NCBI RefSeq assembly: GCF_000016745.1
Contig: NC_009483.1
Span: forward strand, 2,970,001 to 3,002,000
Direction: 5' to 3'
From: Geotalea uraniireducens Rf4
GTDB lineage: Bacteria; Desulfobacterota; Desulfuromonadia; Geobacterales; Geobacteraceae
DNA length: 32,000 nucleotides
In this document: one piece after another, positions 23,819-32,000 of the stretch
Layout of the letters: each line of letters opens with the position of its first letter
How positions within the stretch are numbered: position 1 is the first letter of the stretch
Position numbers and translations under genes: made by a program
Notes under the pieces: generated by a model
Told to the model about the DNA's origin: nothing
What the model saw: only the letters and a program-made list of their open reading frames with translations
Databases searched by the model: none

Positions 23819-24774
23819 CACGCGACATCCTTCTTCTGCCCCAACTTGTTTCTTGCGATCCACGCCAGCGGCTTCCATAGCTGGCGCCGGATGAGATGGT
23901 TGACACTGCCGATCATCCAGCAGTTGCACCGGCAGTCATCGACACGTTTCCGCGCTTCCCGCGCTTCGGAACCGTTCCAGATTTTCTCAAAGGATTTTTC
24001 CCTGATATTGCCGAAGGGAAAGTCCATGACATTGCAGGGTCTCACGTCGCCATAAGGATCGATAAAAAACGAATCGGTCGCCATGGTGCACTTGTGCGCC
24101 CGCTGGTATCCATGCATGTGATCCGCAATCCCCTTGGTGAAATACGCTCGAAACCAGTTCTTCGGCTGGGACGACGCCAGGTAGGTTTTTATCAACTTGT
24201 TCAACTCGCTGTCCACATACGCCTTATCATTAATAACGTTATCATCCTTGTGAAAATAATAGGCGTTATGGAGAATTGCGGTCGCCAGTTCCACATCGTT
24301 CTTTTCGGCCAGCTTGAAAAGCGGCACCAAGTCACGGGCATTCTGATCGGATACCGTCACGGCAATGCCCAGATCCTTGATCCCCAGTCCTTTTAAACCT
24401 TTAAGCGTCTCCAGCGCTTTCTCATGGATGTTTTTCACCCCTCGGATGGCATTATGGGTTTCACCGACACCATCAAAGCTGAGCCGGATTCCCACATCGC
24501 GGTGGCGGCTCATCACTTCCAGGGTTTTTTGGGTGAGCATGCCGTTACTGCTGATAACTACCCGCTTGGCTTTCTTTTTTACCACATCGAGAATATCGCT
24601 CAGGTCTTCCTTGATAAACGGTTCGCCGCCGGTGATGTTCAAGCGCACCATCTGCGGCAGGGATTGCAGGTCCGCTGCGCGAATCTCCTTTTCCCTGTCG
24701 CTCGGGTGTTGCCATGTGTAGCACATGGTGCAGCGGCAATTGCACCGATAGGTTACTGCGATAATTCCATCCAT
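23818..24774 (-). CDS. radical SAM protein with a SPASM/twitch-type C-terminal domain
   Basis: CNCRCTMC provides CxxxCxxC at residues 11-18. The C-terminal C-x12-G-x4-C (CTMATDSFFIDPYGDVRPC) plus the CRCNC cluster look SPASM-like. SD GGAG upstream. Confidence 0.8.
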   Translation of the reverse strand: MDGIIAVTYRCNCRCTMCYTWQHPSDREKEIRAADLQSLPQMVRLNITGGEPFIKEDLSDILDVVKKKAKRVVISSNGMLTQKTLEVMSRHRDVGIRLSFDGVGETHNAIRGVKNIHEKALETLKGLKGLGIKDLGIAVTVSDQNARDLVPLFKLAEKNDVELATAILHNAYYFHKDDNVINDKAYVDSELNKLIKTYLASSQPKNWFRAYFTKGIADHMHGYQRAHKCTMATDSFFIDPYGDVRPCNVMDFPFGNIREKSFEKIWNGSEAREARKRVDDCRCNCWMIGSVNHLIRRQLWKPLAWIARNKLGQKKDVA

Positions 24775-24799
24775 GAATGTCTCCAGCTGTTTGTGGCTG

Positions 24800-25963
24800 T
24801 CAGGTCAGTATTTCGCCGGCCGATTTCCTGTATTTTCCGGGAGGGGTGCAAACCTTGACCGAAGTATCCTGAACGAGAGAACGGTAGAGTTCCTCCATTT
24901 GATCAGTCACCCGGTCCCAGGAATAGGTGCGGTACACATGTTCCGCACCTGCCGCCTTTTTCGCCTCGACCTTTTCCGGGGAGGCCACAAGCTCGGCAAG
25001 ACGCTGACGCAGATCAAAGACGTCACGGTTGCGAAAGGTATAGCCATGAGCCTCCAGCGCCTCCAGGTTTTCGGGGATATCGCTTGCCAGGCAGCAGTTG
25101 CCGTAGTTCATCGCCTCCAGAAGCGCGACCGGGAGCCCCTCTATTGTCGAAGGGAGGCAAAACAGATAGGCATTGCTGAAAAGCTCCGTCAAAGGTTCAC
25201 CGTTAACAAAGCCGGTGAAAATGATGCGCGGATCATCGCCGGCCAGCTCATTGAGGAGGGTTTTATATTTTTCGGCATGGGCCGCATCACCGGCAATGAC
25301 AAGCTGCATGTCCGTATTCAGCTTCCGAAATGCCTGAATCAGAAAATGAGTCCCCTTTTCCTCCACCAGTCGGGCGGCAAACAGGATATATCGGCCGGGA
25401 ATGATCCCTTGCTGCAGCAGCCAGCATGGTTCACGCTTCTCCACCGGTGATACCCCATTGGGGATATAGGTAACGTCCCGGCCGAACTTTTCCTTAAAAT
25501 ACTGTTTCTGCACCAGAGAAACCGAGGTGGCCCTGCTGGGGAATGCCACAACGCTCAACTCGGCAAGCTTGAGAAACGCCTTGCCGATTATCCCCCATTT
25601 ATCCCGTTTCCATTCAAGGCCATGGGTCTGCACGACGGTGGGAATGCCTAACAGGCGGGGGAACAAGGAAAAGATGGACGGGCCGACAGCATGGACATGG
25701 ACCAGATCGACGGATTCACGGAACATCACGTCGAGAGTCGCCATGAAACAGATTGAAAGCTTATGCAACGCCTTGGTGTTGATGGAAGGAACCGTTTTGA
25801 TCCGCATTCCGTTATACAAACAATCAGTTGTCCCATAGTCGCGGCTGGCATAGACGATTACTTCATGGCCCCGCTCGACCAGCCGGGAGCCGATTTCTTC
25901 CGTTACCTTCTCGATGCCGCCGCCGATGGGAATACCTTTCACTGCAACATAGGCTATACGCAT
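24800..25963 (-). CDS. glycosyltransferase family 4 (GT-B)
   Basis: 387 aa. N-terminal MRIAYVAVKGIPIGGGIEKV.. and C-terminal ..PSTIEGLPVALLEAMNYGNCCLASD.. (E-x7-E-like motif) are typical of GT4. Confidence 0.8.
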   Translation of the reverse strand: MRIAYVAVKGIPIGGGIEKVTEEIGSRLVERGHEVIVYASRDYGTTDCLYNGMRIKTVPSINTKALHKLSICFMATLDVMFRESVDLVHVHAVGPSIFSLFPRLLGIPTVVQTHGLEWKRDKWGIIGKAFLKLAELSVVAFPSRATSVSLVQKQYFKEKFGRDVTYIPNGVSPVEKREPCWLLQQGIIPGRYILFAARLVEEKGTHFLIQAFRKLNTDMQLVIAGDAAHAEKYKTLLNELAGDDPRIIFTGFVNGEPLTELFSNAYLFCLPSTIEGLPVALLEAMNYGNCCLASDIPENLEALEAHGYTFRNRDVFDLRQRLAELVASPEKVEAKKAAGAEHVYRTYSWDRVTDQMEELYRSLVQDTSVKVCTPPGKYRKSAGEILT

Positions 25964-26114
25964 GGCTTATCCCCTCTGTTCCAGACAGATTTATGCTGTA
26001 ATCATAGAGAACAAGTTTGTAGACCGTGTTACATGCAAGTGAATATTTGGCGGAGATACATTAGGGCGGACTATGCTTATTCTTGATATGAGAGGGGAAG
26101 ACTTTGGGGATGGG

Positions 26115-26303
26115 TTACTGCAACAGGGTAATGCCGAGCAGGGCTAACTTGGTCCCTAAGCCGGACAAGCCGGAACCAAAATATTTTATTTCACGCGACG
26201 ACGCAACGTTAAAACCATGAACTAATAATTTGTTTAAAAGCATTTCGGGGGCTGCGGGTAAAGGTCCACGATCATGAATGCAATTCACTGGCGTAAACAT
26301 CAA
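26115..26303 (-). pseudogene. probable 3' relic of a paralog of the 956-aa GH20-like gene
   Basis: This short frame ends ..GTKLALLGITLLQ-stop. The 956-aa protein ends ..KLHLALLGVTLLQ-stop. Weaker similarity extends upstream (LNKLLVHGFN versus LNMQVFIWRN). The frame opens right after a stop, has only a TTG start and no SD, and sits in a 360-bp gap. Confidence 0.4.
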
Positions 26304-26323
26304 TCAAGCCGCTGTAGTGCCAC

Positions 26324-27604
26324 TCAGGGCTGAATTCCCGTTCTATTTTTTCCCTTGCCGAGACAGCTCTTGAACAACTCTCCCAGGGCGGCAATATGGA
26401 CAGAAGCGGCATGGTGCTCCAGAACATGGGTCCTTGCACGTCGCCCCATTTCGCTGGCCAGGCGGGGATTTTCCAGGAGACGGTCGATCTTGTCGGCAAG
26501 TTCCGGAGAATTACCAGGCTTGTAATGATAGCCTGTCACCCCCTCGATAACGGTTTCCATCAGGCTCCCCAGGCACGGCACGATTGCGGCGCGGCCGCGG
26601 GCCATCCCCTCAAGCAGGACGTTCGGCTGGTTCTCATACCAGACAGACGGCACCACAAACAGTAAATTTTGACTGTACAGGCGCGCCAGGCTCTCCTGGT
26701 CCTGGAAGCCGAGGAATTTGATGCGGTCTTTCGAGGCGGCAGGGACGGAGGCAATCAGGCTTCGTGCATAGTCAGAGTTGGCATCTCCGGCAATGGATAA
26801 AACCGCATCCCTGTTCCTGAGTCGTGCGAATGCTTCCAGCAGCACTTCAATCCCCTTTTCCGGGCTCAGTCGCCCCGCATACAAAATCCCGTTCGGATTT
26901 TTTGCCGGGTACGACTCGCCATCACCAGTTTCGACAAACGTCGGGATGTGCACGATTTTATCCGGGGCGAACCCGCCCTGGATCATCTTTTCCCTGGTGA
27001 ACGCCGAAGGAGTTACAAAATAATGCACATGGTCATAGATGCGTCTGTAGCGTGAGAGCCACATCCCGGCGACCTTGACGAGGGCCGCAGCCAGAGAGTG
27101 CTGGTAACCGCCGCATTTATGGCACAACGCCATGATCAGGCCATTTTCAAGGCACTCTTCACAGATTTTGCCATCGCGGAAAAGAAGATAATTCGCGCAG
27201 ACCTTGTGGAAATCGGACATCCGCCAGATGATCGGCACATCGTGTCTGCGGCAGGCATCAATAATGCTGTCAGAGAAATAGACTGCGTTCAAAAAAAGGG
27301 CCGCATCGGGGCGTGTGTCCCGGATCAGGTCTTCAAGCTTCCTCTTGGCCTCGAATGAATACAAAGATTTTCCTGCATATAAGAGCTTTTTGAGGACGCC
27401 GATCTGATGCTGGTCATAATAAACCATGTCTTTACCGACCGGAGGATTTACAAAATAGCGTTCATAGGGGCTCGACTGGTTCTTTGCAAACCTTACGCAG
27501 AACGGGATAAACTCGTGCTGCGGCATGTTTCTCAACAGGGAAAACATGTATTTTTCCGGTCCGCCGGTGACGAAATAATTTCGATTTACTGTGAGGATTT
27601 TCAT
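26324..27604 (-). CDS. glycosyltransferase (GT-B, GT4-like)
   Basis: 426 aa. ..YAGRLSPEKGIEVLLEAF.. and ..VPSVWYENQPNVLLEGMARGRAAIV.. are GT4-type C-terminal domain motifs. Confidence 0.75.
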   Translation of the reverse strand: MKILTVNRNYFVTGGPEKYMFSLLRNMPQHEFIPFCVRFAKNQSSPYERYFVNPPVGKDMVYYDQHQIGVLKKLLYAGKSLYSFEAKRKLEDLIRDTRPDAALFLNAVYFSDSIIDACRRHDVPIIWRMSDFHKVCANYLLFRDGKICEECLENGLIMALCHKCGGYQHSLAAALVKVAGMWLSRYRRIYDHVHYFVTPSAFTREKMIQGGFAPDKIVHIPTFVETGDGESYPAKNPNGILYAGRLSPEKGIEVLLEAFARLRNRDAVLSIAGDANSDYARSLIASVPAASKDRIKFLGFQDQESLARLYSQNLLFVVPSVWYENQPNVLLEGMARGRAAIVPCLGSLMETVIEGVTGYHYKPGNSPELADKIDRLLENPRLASEMGRRARTHVLEHHAASVHIAALGELFKSCLGKGKNRTGIQP

Positions 27605-27614
27605 GGCAAGTCCA

Positions 27615-27740
27615 TCAAATCTGCTGTCGGGGTGTAAATTCCTTTAAAACTCGTGCAGGATTTCCCATAACGATCGTGTTCGGATGGATATCTTTGCCGA
27701 CCACCGAACCTGCTGAAACAATGGCGTTGTCTCCGATAGA
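27615..27740 (-). pseudogene. 3' remnant of a hexapeptide-repeat (LbH) O-acetyltransferase gene
   Basis: My translation: SIGDNAIVSAGSVVGKDIHPNTIVMGNPARVLKEFTPRQQI-stop. This is the hexapeptide periodicity plus the typical ..GNPARV(L/I)KE.. tail of WbbJ/LacA-type acetyltransferases. The frame is closed by TAA at 27741-27743 with a further TGA upstream, and there is no start codon. Confidence 0.55.
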
Positions 27741-27756
27741 TTACGCAATGATCCAG

Positions 27757-30627
27757 TCATTGCAGCAATGTCACTCCCAGTAGTGCCAAATGCAATTTAG
27801 GCTGCTTTTCAGTCGCACGAAGTCGAATGCTTGTGATTTTTTCATCAGGGTATGGATTCCGCCAGATAAAGACCTGCATATTCAATGGGAGACCAATACC
27901 GGATACTCCACGCCAGCCCGGAACTGAATCCAGTAGGACATCTGGTGACCTGGTAAAGGTCCAGCTGTTGTCCCGGAGACCTTCACTTGAGCGCACATCT
28001 GTGATATTCACGTTTTCCGTCAAGCTTACAGTTTCCTGGCGGCCGCTTTGAAATTCTATGACATATTCCCCAAGCTTGCGCGGATTTACCTGCGGCTCTT
28101 CCAGAAAAGCGGTATGCAAAAACGCTATCTGCTGAGCCAATTGATCTTTAACCACAATCCGGCTTGTCCGGTTTTCGTTTACTAAACCATTGCCTCCACC
28201 CATAACAGCGACACAATTGTACCTGCGTCCTTCTTCGGCAGGCAGAAGAGAAAAAGTTACACCACCCCTGATCTGATTTCCCGGCCGTAAATCCCGCAGG
28301 TCCAGTTGAGGCCCTACCCCAAAGATACCCTTACCGGATCCTGCGGATACATCCCATGTTGACCTGTTGCAGTTTGGCTGCAGATCAACTGGAACTTGCC
28401 TCAACATGCTCATCGGGAGTGGGTCTTTCCCCCTCAGGTTAGCCGCCATCACGGCAACATCATCCTGACTTATGTCACAATTATTTGTCCAACCACAGAG
28501 TGGAGCATACAGTGTTGTAGCTGAGGACGATAGAGTCCGCCAAAACCCCCAGTCCGTGCCGATCATCCCCTGCCCCTGATACTCCTTTACGCTTTTCGCG
28601 AGAGCCTTTGTCGCCCGGGGGAAATGCCAGGGACTGCCATATACCTGGAAGCCGTGTTTGCGGAAATAGTCGATGCTGCGGTATCCGGGCATCTCTCCGT
28701 AATGCCAGTCCAGGATCTTCACATCCTTGGGAATGTGGTCGATTGCCAGGTGGGTCGCGCCTGAATTGTAGACAGGATTGTTGCTATTGGCGTCACCGAC
28801 TTCGCCAGACCATCTGCTGTCGTCCAGCAGCATGTCTCCCCACATCGCAGTGCCTACGCCCCGGGAAGCAAGCCAATCGTGGAGCTTCCTTATATCCGCC
28901 GCAAAAAGCTTACCTGTCTTTTCAGGTTCTTTTCCGGCATAGAGGGAAAGACCTTTAACCTCATCATGGCCAATTAACATTACCGTTGGTTTGATTGAAG
29001 CAATTATGCGTTCATACAGAGAAAACAGAAAGTTATAGGAACGCTCTTCCAGAGGATTATAGATGTTTGCCGATTGCAGCATGGGAAGTTGGGGAAAAGC
29101 TGACGCATCGAATTTTGCCACCATGCCTGCCCAAACTTCCATGCCCAAGCTTCTCGCATAATCGGCGACCTCGGCAATCTGTTCCGGTGTCCAATCGTTA
29201 CGACCTTTACCGGTGTTCCACTTCACAACATGCTGTGGATAAAAGTGAAAGATCAGCAGATTGGCCCTCGCATGTGAAAACGCAAGCACATAGCGTTTAA
29301 ACAGGTTAATATCATTTCGCTGCGGAGACAGCATTTCCACACATATTCCTCGTGTCCGCAGGTCCGGCCAATCTCGCACCGTACCACAGGGTATACCCCA
29401 TCCCCCCTTGTCCTGCCGGATCCTGCCGAGCAATGCATACGTCCCGTACAAACAGCCCCTAGCATCGGCCCCCCTCACCACAACCCGGTCCGGATTGATG
29501 ATCAGTTCAAACCCTTCCTGAGGAAGAGAGTGAGACAGCGTATTCGCCTTTGACAAATTCTCAATATATATACCTCTCCCAGACTGGCCCCTGTCCAATG
29601 GTCTTGCATAAATGGGAAGCCTGGTAATGCTCTTGATTTCAGAAACCAACATCTGTTGAGCTGGATCATTTACCGGAGCAAAAATGAACTCTCCAGGCGT
29701 AAGCAGATAGCAGCCTTCGGCAGTTTTATATTCCTTCGGCGTTACAGAAAGAAACCGCTGTAAGTTGTCGGGGGTCTGTGCCACGAGAGCATCCGGCACA
29801 TGGGGCGCATTTGCGCTGGACCTCGCCACAGATGGAGGGAGGAAACGGATGGAATACCCGAATTGATACTCCTTGCCCGGAGTCAGGCCTTTTTTCCCCC
29901 CATAAAAATGAAAACTCTTTTTTGAATCCCATGGGATATTCCTAAAATCGGCGATATTGATGGAATTGCCTCCGGCAAGGTCCTTGATGCGTATATCGCA
30001 AACCTTGCCCTTGACAAGAATTTCACTTTTATCGTTATACAGGAAACGGTTTTGCACAGGACGCGGCTCCAGAGGCAAAATCCCGGAGTTCCCGGATATA
30101 CCGGGAACAGCCTGCACCTTAGCTCCCTTGAAAACATCACCTGATAGCTTGCATATCTCAAATTCAATTCCGGGTTTTTCAACTCCCACAGGCATCTGGA
30201 GCTTAAACTCGACGAGCAACTCATCCTCAGCGGCCCGTTTATAGGTAATCCTGTAGGAAACGCCCGTTGCCGCGTCCCGGGAGGAAATTGTGTATTTTTT
30301 GCCCGAATCCCTGGTCAGGTGGCCCGGCAGCGTGCCGGTCCGCCATGGGCCGTTCAACAGCCTTTTTCTGCTGCCATTTCCATACGTTTCATATATTTCA
30401 AAAAAACCCAAAATACTGGGCATAACCGGCAGTGTAGCATAGGAAGCCCTGGCTCTTTTTATTTCGTCGACATGAAGCTTGAAAGGCTGAGTTATCGCAC
30501 CAGGCAGGCGTTCCTGGGCATGACCGACTCTCGCATTCAACGTAAAAGCGAATAATGACAAAGCGCAGCAGAATGCCACGTACAATAAATTCTGCATACC
30601 TGCTGAACGTGTCTTCCGGGTCTTCAT
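27757..30627 (-). CDS. large secreted glycoside-hydrolase-like protein (GH20-like TIM barrel with flanking beta-rich domains)
   Basis: 956 aa with a signal peptide. ..PQEGFELIINPDRVVVRGADARGCLYGTYALLGRI.. resembles the GH20 N-terminal (20b) domain. ..VRDWPDLRTRGICVEM.. and ..MLIGHDEV.. resemble the GH20 catalytic barrel, including the D-E pair. The function call is tentative. Confidence 0.55.
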   Translation of the reverse strand: MKTRKTRSAGMQNLLYVAFCCALSLFAFTLNARVGHAQERLPGAITQPFKLHVDEIKRARASYATLPVMPSILGFFEIYETYGNGSRKRLLNGPWRTGTLPGHLTRDSGKKYTISSRDAATGVSYRITYKRAAEDELLVEFKLQMPVGVEKPGIEFEICKLSGDVFKGAKVQAVPGISGNSGILPLEPRPVQNRFLYNDKSEILVKGKVCDIRIKDLAGGNSINIADFRNIPWDSKKSFHFYGGKKGLTPGKEYQFGYSIRFLPPSVARSSANAPHVPDALVAQTPDNLQRFLSVTPKEYKTAEGCYLLTPGEFIFAPVNDPAQQMLVSEIKSITRLPIYARPLDRGQSGRGIYIENLSKANTLSHSLPQEGFELIINPDRVVVRGADARGCLYGTYALLGRIRQDKGGWGIPCGTVRDWPDLRTRGICVEMLSPQRNDINLFKRYVLAFSHARANLLIFHFYPQHVVKWNTGKGRNDWTPEQIAEVADYARSLGMEVWAGMVAKFDASAFPQLPMLQSANIYNPLEERSYNFLFSLYERIIASIKPTVMLIGHDEVKGLSLYAGKEPEKTGKLFAADIRKLHDWLASRGVGTAMWGDMLLDDSRWSGEVGDANSNNPVYNSGATHLAIDHIPKDVKILDWHYGEMPGYRSIDYFRKHGFQVYGSPWHFPRATKALAKSVKEYQGQGMIGTDWGFWRTLSSSATTLYAPLCGWTNNCDISQDDVAVMAANLRGKDPLPMSMLRQVPVDLQPNCNRSTWDVSAGSGKGIFGVGPQLDLRDLRPGNQIRGGVTFSLLPAEEGRRYNCVAVMGGGNGLVNENRTSRIVVKDQLAQQIAFLHTAFLEEPQVNPRKLGEYVIEFQSGRQETVSLTENVNITDVRSSEGLRDNSWTFTRSPDVLLDSVPGWRGVSGIGLPLNMQVFIWRNPYPDEKITSIRLRATEKQPKLHLALLGVTLLQ

Positions 30628-30628
30628 A

Positions 30629-31750
30629 TCAGGCTGCCGTTTTTAGCCGTGCTGTTATCAAGTCTGTATAAAGCTGAGATACCTGTCGGAAGGCTGTCTG
30701 AATACTGAACTCCTCTGCCCGCCTGCGGCAGGCAACAGCCATGGTAGACCGCTTGCCACTGTCACGGAGAAGAGCTAGAGCTGCCGCTGCCAGCCCTTCC
30801 ACGTCTCCTGGTCCAAGCAAAACCCCGCATCGTTCATCGATGACCTCGGGAATGCCGTCAACGCCGAATGCAAGAACCGGCACTCCACTGGCCATGGCCT
30901 CCACCAGGGCAATGCCGAAGGATTCCCGGTTGGATGTAAGGGCAAAAAGATCAAATGCAGTCAAAAGCTCCGGCACATCATTTCTCATCCCCAGCAACGA
31001 GACTGCCCCGCCCAGGCCCAAGTCGGCAATCAAGGCTGTAAGTTCAGCCCTGCAAGGACCATCGCCCGCTATTACGAAGTGCACATCCTGCAGTTGATTG
31101 CGAATAAGAGCCGCCGCCCGGACAAAACCATCCATCCCCTTTTCGTTAACGAGCCTGCCAACCGTACCAACGACAAGAGAATTCCCCGGTATCCCCAACT
31201 CCAGCTTTTTACGATGGGGATCTCTCTCCTGTTCAAAAAGAGACAAATCCACGCCGTTCGGAATGGTTCTGATCGCATCGTTATTAATGCACAAAGTATT
31301 GATGAGAGCTCGTCGGGTTGCTTCCGATACGGCGATATAGGCATCAGCCAGATGAACAAACCGGCGGATGATAATGTTATAAAGTCTCTTGACCAAGCCA
31401 TTGCTGGAAAAAATACATCCGTGCTCGTGCTCGAGGATTATGGATTGTTTCCGCTTCATCAACGCTACAAGAAAACCTATTGAAAATGCATGAACATGAA
31501 TTATGTCGGGATGATGGCAGGAAAGTTGCCGAGATAAATTGATGGCGCCTGATATGTCCCACCCGTTCCGCACGCCGCAGAGCTGTGTTTTAATACCGAG
31601 CTTTTCGGCCTCAGCCTTGATTGGGCCTCCTTTGAATAGAAACCATATCTCAACATCATTGCCTGCATTTTTCTGATAGGTTGCCAACTGCAAGGCGATT
31701 TTTTCTGCTCCGCCGATCACCCCGGCAGAGACCAGATGAACTATTTTCAT
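30629..31750 (-). CDS. glycosyltransferase family 4
   Basis: 373 aa. MKIVHLVSAGVIGGAEKIALQLA.., ..GRLVNEKGMDGFV.., ..ESFGIALVEAMASGVPVLAF.. are GT4 motifs. Its stop lies 1 nt before the start of the 956-aa gene. Confidence 0.8.
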   Translation of the reverse strand: MKIVHLVSAGVIGGAEKIALQLATYQKNAGNDVEIWFLFKGGPIKAEAEKLGIKTQLCGVRNGWDISGAINLSRQLSCHHPDIIHVHAFSIGFLVALMKRKQSIILEHEHGCIFSSNGLVKRLYNIIIRRFVHLADAYIAVSEATRRALINTLCINNDAIRTIPNGVDLSLFEQERDPHRKKLELGIPGNSLVVGTVGRLVNEKGMDGFVRAAALIRNQLQDVHFVIAGDGPCRAELTALIADLGLGGAVSLLGMRNDVPELLTAFDLFALTSNRESFGIALVEAMASGVPVLAFGVDGIPEVIDERCGVLLGPGDVEGLAAAALALLRDSGKRSTMAVACRRRAEEFSIQTAFRQVSQLYTDLITARLKTAA

Positions 31751-32000
31751 GGCCTGCCCTTTGTGCGTGGCATCGCAACGCAGGCAAATTGGTAGTATTG
31801 TGTATCGGACAAAAAACCAAAAGTTGCCGCGTTAAGCAGCTTGAATTTCCAGGACAGGGCCGGATTGATCCCCTTAATGCAGATCAAGTCGTACTCCAGC
31901 GATTCGAACATATCAATCAAGCTATTTTGCGTGAAGAACCGCAGGTGCGTTCTGTCCAGAATCCCCGCATCCTCATACTTCCACTCCCCCTGGAAAAGGA
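31747..32000 (-). CDS. class I SAM-dependent methyltransferase, C-terminal part (5' end outside the window)
   Basis: Not in the ORF track because it runs off the window. My translation: ..GILDRTHLRFFTQNSLIDMFESLEYDLICIKGINP..FACVAMPRTKGRP-stop. The DRTHLRFFT motif is typical of methyltransferases in polysaccharide clusters. ATGA overlap with the GT4 start at 31747-31750. Confidence 0.5.
   Translation of the reverse strand, partial: LFQGEWKYEDAGILDRTHLRFFTQNSLIDMFESLEYDLICIKGINPALSWKFKLLNAATFGFLSDTQYYQFACVAMPRTKGRP

Noticed and set aside
23819-23929. N-terminal extension of the exosortase ORF (track start 23929).
   Set aside because: It would overlap the radical SAM gene by 112 nt in another frame. 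ATG 23818 gives a stop/start overlap and begins just before the conserved exosortase N-terminus.

Overview
By-eye gene content suggests a Geobacter-like deltaproteobacterial (Desulfuromonadota) chromosome segment; this is an inference, since no search was run. The window has four parts. (1) 1-3770, + strand: a tightly coupled polyphosphate-type operon with two tandem thymidylate-kinase-like paralogs, a small protein, a CHAD protein and Ppx/GppA. (2) 3843-9056: an exported protein, two divergent mini zinc-ribbon ORFs missing from the ORF track, a 165-nt rod-like foldback, and an alpha/beta-hydrolase / GH3 / DUF2062 operon. (3) 9057-13500: an AT-rich accessory stretch. It holds a textbook MITE (17-bp inverted ends, 9-bp target duplication), an orphan ORF, a YezD-like mini ORF, a candidate c-di-GMP-I (GEMM-I) riboswitch in front of a PEP-CTERM protein and a PstS-like secreted protein, and a nest of further MITE/palindromic elements between convergent terminators. 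(4) 13537-32000, - strand: a long PEP-CTERM/exosortase exopolysaccharide locus. In transcription order it runs methyltransferase (partial), GT4, large GH20-like secreted protein, acetyltransferase remnant, GT, gene relic, GT4, radical SAM/SPASM, exosortase-EpsI fusion, WecA-like transferase, TPR lipoprotein, export protein, beta-barrel, chain-length determinant, BY-kinase-like ATPase. The exosortase system itself is a described system. The less explained signals are the radical SAM/SPASM gene start-stop coupled to the exosortase, the riboswitch-like leader, the MITE family, the foldback at 5426-5590, the hydrolase-GH3-DUF2062 module, the Tmk-like pair with an altered P-loop, a 21-nt in-frame tandem repeat at the kinase N-terminus, and two gene remnants that point to remodelling of the glycosyltransferase end of the locus. 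All functional calls rest on motif recognition by eye and need HMM/CM searches to confirm.
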